Assembly (NCBI GenBank): GCA_903910385.1
Contig: CAIVZM010000011.1
Location: forward strand, 15,203 to 79,202
DNA from: an uncultured Armatimonadetes bacterium
Lineage (GTDB): Bacteria > Armatimonadota > Armatimonadia > Armatimonadales > Armatimonadaceae
Direction of reading: 5' to 3'
Length of the DNA: 64,000 nucleotides
The notes under the pieces are model-generated. The model saw only the letters and a list, made by a program, of their open reading frames with translations, was not told the origin of the DNA and searched no databases. Numbering within the stretch: the stretch's first letter is position 1; the number at the start of each line of letters is the position of its first letter. Of this stretch, positions 57,121 through 64,000 are shown in pieces. The position numbers and the translations under genes are program-made.

Positions 57121-57438
57121 ATGAACGACGAAAAAAAGGGTCGGTTCGAAACCATCTTTGACTATGTTCGCACGATTCCCACCGGGCGCGTTCTCGCCTA
57201 TGGAGAGGTTGGGCAAGCCGTAGGGGAGACGGCGCGGACAGTCGGTTGGGCTATGAGCCTTGTTCCGAAAGACGTACCGTGGCATCGGGTAGTAGGCGCG
57301 GACGGATACCTGAGAATCGCCCGCCGCGCAACGGAACTGGCTACCGAACAAAGAAGGCGCCTACAAGAGGAGGGCGTTATACTGAACGAGAAAGACTGTG
57401 TTCTTGCCGAGTACTTCTGGTCGCAGGAGAGCGCCTGA
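57121..57438 (+). CDS. alkyltransferase-like (ATL) protein: MGMT/Ogt DNA-binding domain with Trp replacing the active-site Cys
   Basis: 105 aa. MGMT C-terminal domain pattern (…YGEVGQAVGETARTVGWAM…VPWHRVVGADGYL) with PWHRV in place of catalytic PCHRV, as in E. coli YbaZ/Atl1-type proteins. Confidence 0.65.
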   Translation: MNDEKKGRFETIFDYVRTIPTGRVLAYGEVGQAVGETARTVGWAMSLVPKDVPWHRVVGADGYLRIARRATELATEQRRRLQEEGVILNEKDCVLAEYFWSQESA

Positions 57439-57768
57439 TCCATTGCGTCTGGATGCGCTTCTCCTTCGGAGTTGTTTAACGGAAGGAATACGTTCCCGAC
57501 GAGGCGCACTAATCAGTCTGCCAGCGGCGGCTTCATGCTCTTCCTACACTGTATAATCACGCGATGCCAGTGGGAGCAGACTAAGGTCATAGCGAACGTT
57601 CTGCCCGGAGCGTTCCAGAAGTTCCTTCCCCCCCGGCAGAGGGAACCATAATTATCGCTCCGCAAGACGACATCGGTAGCTTCTTCCGGACTTATGCGTC
57701 AACGCAAGGTGACGCGCCCGAGTTTCCGGTATCCTGGAAAAACTGTCCTCACAGGAAATCGGAAAGAC

Positions 57769-59508
57769 TTATTTCTTGGGGAAAGTGATTGCCGCGACCG
57801 TCTGACTATTATCGGTCTCCAGCGTAAATTCGCCGTTCAGGTCTCCCCGTGTCAGCGTGTCAATAATCTGTAATCCCAGATCACGATTTTTCATCGGATC
57901 GAAATCGGGTGGGAGCGGATCACCGGTATTACGCACTTCCAGACGCCACTGCTCGGGTAATTCGTTCAAACGAACGACGATCTCGCCATCGTCCGTCTTT
58001 GCAAATCCGTGTTCGACGGCGTTTTGCACCATTTCATTCAGGCAAAGGGCTACCGAGTTCGCCTGATGCGATGATAATAAAAGGTCTGGCCCCTCCACCC
58101 GCATCTGAATGTGTTTGTTGGGCAGGGTGAAGCTCTGAGCCGTTGCGGTCAAAATCGAATCGGCGATTTTGCGAACCGAGATCGTATCGAGGTCTTCACG
58201 GGAAAGCAAATCATGAACGGCGGCGACCGCCAGAACCCGGTTGATGCTCTCATTCAGGACAGCGACCGGAGACTGATCACCCGCATAGTGCGCCTGTAAG
58301 CGTAGCAGGGAAGCGATCGTCTGCAAGTTGTTCTTGACCCGATGGTGCATTTCCTGTAGCAGAGCGCCTTTGACCATCAGCTTCGCATTCTCAATGGCGA
58401 CGGCGACCTGATTTCCCAGCGTCATCAGAACGGCGATCTCATCCTCGGTAAAATCGTGCTGTTTTTCCGTGTAGCAGTTGAGGATGCCGATAGTGCGCTC
58501 TCGAACCTTCAGAGGAACACAGGCGAGGCTGGTCAACCCTTCCTTTTTTGCCAACTCCGTAAAGCGGTAGTCCGGCCGCTTTTTGACATCGGCGACGGTC
58601 ACGACCTTCCCGGTATCCATCGCCTGTCCGGCGATTCCTTCTCCGAGCGGCAGTCCGGGCTTACGAGCATATTCACGGGACGAGGTTTGCACCGCTTTGA
58701 GGATCAACTCACGCTTGTCCTCGTCCACCAGAAATAAAGCGACCACCTTGAAGTTCATGGTCTGCGCGGTTGCGGCTACCGCCAGTTGCAGGATTTCTTC
58801 CAGATACAGGTTAGAAGTAATTGTCTTGGAAACTTCGGCGACAGTGGAAAGGTGCAGAGCGCGTTTCTCAGCAGAGCGAAATTGACGAGATGCCGCCAGA
58901 GTCCCAGCGATCTGTCCGGCAATGGACGAAAGCAGTTGTATCTGTGTCTTGGTATATTCGTGCGGCCCCTGCGTTCGCACATTGATGACCCCGATACAAT
59001 CCGCCCGCCAGATAAGGGGCACGGAAAGTATGCTCTGATAACGCTCTTCCTGAAGTTCAGGAACATACTTGAACCGTTCATCATTCCAGGCTTCCGCCGC
59101 AATGGAAACAGGTTGCTTTTCTCGCGCTACCCACCCGGTTATTCCCTCACCGACCTTGAGACGGATTTTACCGATCAGGTTTTCCGCTTCCGCATCGGCG
59201 ACGGCGCGTAAGATTAAGGTGTCCCGGTCATCGTTAAAAAGATAGACCTGCGCAGAGTCGGTTCCGGTTACCTGAATGGCAAGAGCCGCGATCACCGGCA
59301 AGATTTCTTCTTCCTTGACAATCTGCCCGGTAGCTTCTCCGATGCGACGTAGCGCCGCCGCTTCCGAGGCGCGCGCTTCCAGCGCCGTCTCTAACTGTCG
59401 AATGCGTGCGCGTGCATCCTCTAATTCCTGTTCGCGCTTTTCCAGAAGGTGCGCCAATTCGCTGGTTTTTGAATCGCCGGTGAGCAGATGCTGTAATGAA
59501 AGACGCAT
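57769..59508 (-). CDS. sensor histidine kinase: N-terminal coiled coil, two GAF domains, HisKA_2-type dimerisation/H box and HATPase
   Basis: H box HHRVKNNLQTIASLLRLQ (HisKA_2 / HWE-like). GAF-like blocks (…GITGWV…; …GIAGQA…). C-terminal ATPase N/G boxes (NEMVQNAVEHG). Confidence 0.8.
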   Translation of the reverse strand: MRLSLQHLLTGDSKTSELAHLLEKREQELEDARARIRQLETALEARASEAAALRRIGEATGQIVKEEEILPVIAALAIQVTGTDSAQVYLFNDDRDTLILRAVADAEAENLIGKIRLKVGEGITGWVAREKQPVSIAAEAWNDERFKYVPELQEERYQSILSVPLIWRADCIGVINVRTQGPHEYTKTQIQLLSSIAGQIAGTLAASRQFRSAEKRALHLSTVAEVSKTITSNLYLEEILQLAVAATAQTMNFKVVALFLVDEDKRELILKAVQTSSREYARKPGLPLGEGIAGQAMDTGKVVTVADVKKRPDYRFTELAKKEGLTSLACVPLKVRERTIGILNCYTEKQHDFTEDEIAVLMTLGNQVAVAIENAKLMVKGALLQEMHHRVKNNLQTIASLLRLQAHYAGDQSPVAVLNESINRVLAVAAVHDLLSREDLDTISVRKIADSILTATAQSFTLPNKHIQMRVEGPDLLLSSHQANSVALCLNEMVQNAVEHGFAKTDDGEIVVRLNELPEQWRLEVRNTGDPLPPDFDPMKNRDLGLQIIDTLTRGDLNGEFTLETDNSQTVAAITFPKK

Positions 59509-59593
59509 ACTGTTATTCTACCGTCAATCTTCGGGGATATATCCTGCGGGAGCCTCATCGCGACCGAAATAAAAATCCGCCCCTGTTTCATTG

Positions 59594-59646
59594 GAGTTAC
59601 GCCCGATTCCGGAAGCGACCTTCGCCCAAAAATTCGGGCGTAACTC
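59594..59646. promoter_or_regulatory. perfect 13-bp stem hairpin (GAGTTACGCCCGA / TCGGGCGTAACTC, about 27-nt loop with internal alternative pairing) in RR-HK intergenic region
   Basis: Lies in the 170-nt spacer between ANTAR response regulator (upstream) and histidine kinase (downstream) genes on the minus strand. On that strand it is followed by GGGGCGGATTTTTATTT. Candidate attenuator or terminator. Confidence 0.4.
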
Positions 59647-59678
59647 TAATGAAATTCAGAGACGGATTACGATTTGTC

Positions 59679-60254
59679 TCACACCGAGTGAGCGATAATA
59701 ATCGCTTCAGCGATTTCTCGCATGGACTTGCGAGTATTCATGCTCTGCACCTGAATACGGCGGAAGGCGTCCTGTTCCTTCAGTCCGTACATATCCATCA
59801 GGATGCCTTTCGCACGGTCAACGGCTTTGCGGGTTTCCAGTTTATCTTCCAGAGAAGCGACTTCCTCCTCCAGTTTCATAAACTCTTCATACCGGGCGAC
59901 CGCGATATCGATGGCAGGCATCAAATCCGCTTCCTTAAACGGCTTGACCAGGTAGTTAAAGACGCCCGCTTCGCGCGCCCTTTCCACCAGGTCTCGTTGT
60001 GAGTAGGCGGTCAATAACAAGACCGGGGCGATGCCCTCGGTAGAGATAACCTTGGCAGCATCAATGCCGTCCATATTCGGCATTTTAATGTCGAGAATGC
60101 ACACGTCCGGTTTTAGTTCACGAGCCAATTCCACCGCCTGCGCGCCGTCACCGGCTTCGCCCACGACAATATGGCCCATGTTTTCCAGCGTGCGCCGCAG
60201 GTCAAGCCGGATAATCGGCTCGTCGTCTGCGATCACAATCCGCAGGGATTCCAC
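59679..60254 (-). CDS. ANTAR-domain response regulator (receiver + RNA-binding antiterminator output)
   Basis: GTG start with GGAGGG 8 nt upstream (MESLRIVIADDEP). Receiver Asp/Lys residues. C-terminal ANTAR signature (…AKGILMDMYGLKEQDAFRRIQVQSMNTRKSMREIAEAII). Confidence 0.8.
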   Translation of the reverse strand: MESLRIVIADDEPIIRLDLRRTLENMGHIVVGEAGDGAQAVELARELKPDVCILDIKMPNMDGIDAAKVISTEGIAPVLLLTAYSQRDLVERAREAGVFNYLVKPFKEADLMPAIDIAVARYEEFMKLEEEVASLEDKLETRKAVDRAKGILMDMYGLKEQDAFRRIQVQSMNTRKSMREIAEAIIIAHSV

Positions 60255-60689
60255 TATTCTAACCCTCCTGATATTTGTATGCGAAGCCTCTCGTTTGCTC
60301 CCCTTCGGCGGGAACCGGGCAAATGGCCCGTCAATGGCTCCACATGGTTCCAACGAAATAAATCACACGATTTGTATTATTTTATATGTAATAGCTAACA
60401 AAAATCGACGTATAGTATAGACGCTACCGTGCAGGGCATTGTATACTGACGTTTAGCGTTCTGTCAAACGTCTCCCCCCCTGCCTATGGCAGGGATAGCA
60501 CACGATGTGACGACAGCAAAGCAATGAAGTTTCGACCAATTGCAGGACAAACCGCTCCTCTGGAGCGTCCTCTCAATCGGTGAAAAACCAGAAAGACGAC
60601 GCGAATCGCGCCCGACTATGACCGGCTCTCCGCATAACAATATAAATAACGAGGAATTTCCTATACAAAAAGAATCAGAGAATCATTTT

Positions 60690-61943
60690 ATGGATGACCC
60701 CGTAGAGTTCCGGCAGAGCGCTTTCGGTCAGGTTATTCTCTGGGCGATCTCCGCCTGCCTGTTAACGCTGGTGAACCGGTTCGCCGGCTATGTCGTTCCT
60801 ATCGCCCCTTACGGAACGCTTTCGGGCCATTTTTTTTCGCTTCTGTATCTGGCGGGATTACTGTATGTCCTGATGCGATTGACCGACGCCGCTGCTCGTC
60901 TGCCCCTGAGAACCGTTTCCCTTTTCAGCATCGGGTTGGCTTTTGCGATCCCCATGGCGATTGTTTTGCTGATGCAGTACCAGCATCAACGTCCGCCTCT
61001 GTTCTTGACTCTTACGGCTAACAATCTGTTCCTACCGATTGCGGCGGCGATGGTCGGGGCGGCGATCGGCCGTATCATCAAGCATCCGAACACGCTTCTG
61101 GCGGGCGCCGGATTCGCCATTTTCTTCGATTTTGTGGTGGTGACAATGGGCACCGTCGCGCAATTGATGAAATCCAACTCCAGTATTATCGCCTCCGTTT
61201 CCGTGGGAGCGGGAGCATCGGTGGCGGCTTCCGCTGAATTGCCGTCCTGGATGCGCGCCCGGTCGGCGGAACCGATTACCGGCGTCACCATTGGCCCGGC
61301 GGATGTGCTCTTTCTGGCACTCTTCCAGGCAGCGGTATACCATCTGCGGCTCTCAGCGCGGTCTACTTTCTGGTGGATGTTCGGTCTGTTGATGCTGGCG
61401 CTGGCGCTGGTGGAAATGATCGGACTGCCGGTTCCGGCATTGATCCCGATGGGAATCGCTGTACTTATCGCTAACGCCCGGCATGGGGCGTTTACAGCGA
61501 CGGAAAAGCGTGATCTGGCTATCGGAGCCGTCTTCGCGGTCTTTTGCGCGGCATTGATCATTTTTATTTCCCAGCGTACTATCTCGCAATCGGGGGGTTC
61601 CACTCCTCTTGGCTTCACTATCGGGCCGGTCAGCGCCAACGCGTTTTATGTGGAGCCCAGTGGCGGCGACTCGAAACAACTGGAAAAGGGTTCTCTGGGT
61701 GAGCAGGCGGGGATGATCGGCGGCGACCAGATTCTGATGATTAACAACGTTCCGACCGGTTCACTCTACGGAACAGGAAACCTTTACCCGACTCTGGGCG
61801 ACACTCCAAAGAAGGGGTTGGTCTTGCGGGTTCGCCTGCGCGATACGCAGATCGTGCGCGATATTTATATTCCCCCCTCGCGTCCTCTTACCGCCGAAGA
61901 AGAGCAAAAATACGGCAAGCTTCTTCGCAAAGTTCGTCCGTAA
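60690..61943 (+). CDS. polytopic membrane protein with C-terminal PDZ domain
   Basis: About 10 TM helices followed by a PDZ-like block (GSLGEQAGMIGGDQILMINNVPTG). Start uncertain (ATG 60690, or upstream ATG about 60618 with a low-complexity N-terminus). Confidence 0.5.
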   Translation: MDDPVEFRQSAFGQVILWAISACLLTLVNRFAGYVVPIAPYGTLSGHFFSLLYLAGLLYVLMRLTDAAARLPLRTVSLFSIGLAFAIPMAIVLLMQYQHQRPPLFLTLTANNLFLPIAAAMVGAAIGRIIKHPNTLLAGAGFAIFFDFVVVTMGTVAQLMKSNSSIIASVSVGAGASVAASAELPSWMRARSAEPITGVTIGPADVLFLALFQAAVYHLRLSARSTFWWMFGLLMLALALVEMIGLPVPALIPMGIAVLIANARHGAFTATEKRDLAIGAVFAVFCAALIIFISQRTISQSGGSTPLGFTIGPVSANAFYVEPSGGDSKQLEKGSLGEQAGMIGGDQILMINNVPTGSLYGTGNLYPTLGDTPKKGLVLRVRLRDTQIVRDIYIPPSRPLTAEEEQKYGKLLRKVRP

Positions 61944-61983
61944 CATCCTGGCAGAGCGCATTCGCTCCCTGCCAGGATGTTAC
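61940..61983 (+). terminator. perfect 15-bp inverted repeat hairpin overlapping the stop codon of the PDZ membrane protein gene
   Basis: GTAACATCCTGGCAG-14nt-CTGCCAGGATGTTAC. The TAA stop lies inside the 5' arm. No strong U-tract. Confidence 0.5.
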
Positions 61984-62110
61984 GTTAGACTCCCTGTTCT
62001 CTCCATCCTTGCTACAAGTGATCCGGTTCATTCAGGGTGATGACATCACCTTGTGGCGGCTCGTTACCCCTGACTATTACCTCACTCTTGTTCCTAATCT
62101 ATCACTCGCC

Positions 62111-62128
62111 CACTGTGATCACTGTGAT
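62111..62128. repeat. tandem CACTGTGAT x2 containing palindrome GTGATCAC; nearby ACGTCAAA x2 upstream of SPFH gene
   Basis: Seen in the 370-nt intergenic region before the SPFH gene. ACGTCAAA is repeated at about 62243 and 62262, flanking a TTGAAC…GATAAT promoter-like element. Confidence 0.4.
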
Positions 62129-62313
62129 CTGTATCACAAAACCATCTAATTTGCGTGATTGTGTATGACAGGCACAAAGAACGCTCAAATCGTCACATCA
62201 TGGGTAATGCTTGCTATGTGGCAACTCTTGCGACCTTTGCACGTCAAACTGTATTGAACGTCAAATTTGATAAAATACGATAATAAAACGAGACGACAGG
62301 GAGGGTAAAACTT

Positions 62314-63333
62314 ATGCCGCAAGAATCAGGCAACCGCCTTGGATTAACCGAGGAAAAATCCACAGTGGAAAAGACCAGGAGCCAGTATGATATGGCGTCT
62401 CTTCAGGAAACCGGCGCCGAACAAAAGCGATTTCCGGAAACGCCCTCCGTCCTCACCACGGAGGAAGCCACTTATTTCCATCACTCCGGTTTCGAAAAAG
62501 AACGGGGCGCTCTACCCGGGTTGTCCGCTATCGCGCTCATGGTAGCAATCCCAGCGCTCGCTGTTTACTTGCTAACCCTCGGAGGTGGAGTCGCCTTGCT
62601 GAGTATTCCACTGGGAATTCTGTGGTTCTTTCTGCTGAACGGCTTTTTCGTGGTCGAACCGAACGGTTCCAAAGTCCTTACCCTGTTCGGCAAATACGCC
62701 GGAACAGTCAAGCAAAACGGTTTTTTCCTGACCAATCCGTTTGTGAGCAAACGCGCCATCTCCCTGCGGGCGCGATCGCTCAACGGGGATAAATTGAAGG
62801 TCAACGATGCGGTCGGTAACCCGATAGAAATCGCCGCCATTATTGTTTGGCGTGTCCGGGACACGTATCGCGCCTGTTTTGAGGTGGACGATTACGAACA
62901 GTTCGTCCGTCTGCAGAGTGAGACGGCGGTGCGCCATCTGGCATCCACACACCCTTATGACGCCGATGATGAAACCATTTCTCTTCGCCGTAATGCGGAT
63001 GAAATCAGCCATGCTCTGAGAAACGAGTTGGAGGAGCGACTATCTCGTGCGGGAATCGAAGTGCTGGAAGCCCGCCTTTCGCACCTTGCCTACGCCCCGG
63101 AAATCGCTAGCGCGATGCTTCGACGCCAGCAAGCGGCGGCGGTAATTTCCGCCCGACAGCGGATTGTGGACGGAGCGGTCGGCATGGTTGAAATCGCCCT
63201 GAAGCGGTTGGAAGAAAACCAGACGGTCAACATGGACGATCACGAAAAGGCGCGTCTGGTATCCAACCTGCTGGTTGTCCTCTGCGGCGAGACGAACGCG
63301 CAACCGGTGGTAAACACAACGGCGGCGAATTAA
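62314..63333 (+). CDS. SPFH/band-7 (stomatin/prohibitin-like) domain membrane protein
   Basis: GGGAGGG RBS 8 nt upstream. TM helices followed by SPFH core (…[28 protein letters not shown]…) and a coiled-coil C-terminal region. Confidence 0.7.
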   Translation: MPQESGNRLGLTEEKSTVEKTRSQYDMASLQETGAEQKRFPETPSVLTTEEATYFHHSGFEKERGALPGLSAIALMVAIPALAVYLLTLGGGVALLSIPLGILWFFLLNGFFVVEPNGSKVLTLFGKYAGTVKQNGFFLTNPFVSKRAISLRARSLNGDKLKVNDAVGNPIEIAAIIVWRVRDTYRACFEVDDYEQFVRLQSETAVRHLASTHPYDADDETISLRRNADEISHALRNELEERLSRAGIEVLEARLSHLAYAPEIASAMLRRQQAAAVISARQRIVDGAVGMVEIALKRLEENQTVNMDDHEKARLVSNLLVVLCGETNAQPVVNTTAAN

Positions 63334-63404
63334 GCGGTCTTTCCGTGACTTCTCCGGCGTATACTTTCTGACATATCCCTTCCTGAAGGTTCGCCGGTTC
63401 TTGT

Positions 63405-63830
63405 ATGGATGTCTACGGTAAAGCGACACGCTCCGCCGTGATGCGCGCCGTCAAAGGAAAAAATACAAAGCCGGAGATGCGTATTCGTAAAGCCCTCCAT
63501 GCAGAGGGCTTTCGTTACCGCTTGCACCGGCAAGATCTGCCCGGAAAGCCAGATATGGTCTTTACCGGTCGTCGTAAAATCATCTTTGTTCACGGGTGCT
63601 TCTGGCATCAGCACCCCGGTTGTCCCGCTGCAGATCGCCCATCCGCCAACTCCGACTACTGGAACAGGAAGCTCTCGCGCAATGCGGCGCGAGATCAGGA
63701 AAATCTGACCGCCCTCGCTACGCTGGGATGGGAAACGCTGGTAGTCTGGGAATGCGATCTGCGCCATGATCCGTCGGGGACGCTGAAAAATGTGATGGCG
63801 TTTCTGCGAAGAACTTCACTGGAAAAGTAG
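63405..63830 (+). CDS. vsr: very-short-patch-repair endonuclease (T/G mismatch-specific)
   Basis: KATRSAVMRAVKGKNTKPE (compare ATRSKNMRAI) and FVHGCFWHQHPGC zinc/catalytic motif of Vsr. Confidence 0.85.
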   Translation: MDVYGKATRSAVMRAVKGKNTKPEMRIRKALHAEGFRYRLHRQDLPGKPDMVFTGRRKIIFVHGCFWHQHPGCPAADRPSANSDYWNRKLSRNAARDQENLTALATLGWETLVVWECDLRHDPSGTLKNVMAFLRRTSLEK

Positions 63831-64000
63831 CTTCGCCGTTTGATACCGACGCACAAACGCATTCTTTTTCTTACCGCAGCAGGGCTATTCAGTTATTTGT
63901 ATTCCCATGCATTGTAACGCCCTCCGGGGATTTGCTGCGAAGTAACGCCGAGCCGCAGCCACGTTGCAAAAACCCGATAAACGAATCAAACTAAGCGCCA

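Overview
A 64-kb stretch of a high-GC (about 58-60%) chromosome from a diderm bacterium. It encodes LptF/LptG- and LptD-like outer-membrane biogenesis genes and two prepilin-type/DUF1559 pseudopilin paralogs, which suggests a Planctomycetota/Armatimonadota-like lineage; I cannot confirm this. Gene density is high, with about 50 supportable CDS and no rRNA, tRNA or CRISPR. Housekeeping genes include uvrB, proS, nadE, upp, mtnP, queG, vsr, a family-4 UDG and a Pat-type protein acetyltransferase. There is a block of carbohydrate-active enzymes (GH63-like, GH36-like, AGE-like, CE4, sugar-phosphate isomerase/epimerase). Regulators include TetR followed by an ECF sigma factor, a GAF histidine kinase with an ANTAR response regulator, and a small LuxR-type HTH protein. 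Several perfect-hairpin terminators, palindromic operator candidates and tandem repeats are present.

The stand-out region is a compositionally distinct island at about 25.2-31.8 kb, roughly 45% GC versus about 59% around it, lying between an amidohydrolase gene and uvrB. It has no integrase or tRNA. Its genes form a tightly packed, partly overlapping + strand operon: (1) a Dpm1/Ppm1-type polyprenol-phosphate sugar synthase (GT2) fused to a 4-TM MauE-like domain with a CxCFG motif; (2) a small secreted protein with 8 Cys and many Trp/Tyr; (3) a secreted protein with a C-terminal TM anchor and RWRRR tail; (4) a standalone extracytoplasmic C39-like cysteine peptidase domain; (5) a DUF2079 GT-C-fold membrane glycosyltransferase; (6) a divergent pseudopilin-like DUF1559 protein. 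I interpret this as a candidate, apparently undescribed, dedicated maturation system for secreted Cys-rich and pilin-like proteins, combining disulfide formation, proteolytic processing and polyprenol-phosphate-sugar-dependent glycosylation. The function is inferred.

Two frameshifted gene remnants are also present, an alpha/beta-hydrolase and an Ig-like adhesin fragment. Coordinates of hairpins and repeats that I indexed by hand may be off by 1-2 nt. CDS coordinates derive from the ORF track by codon arithmetic.
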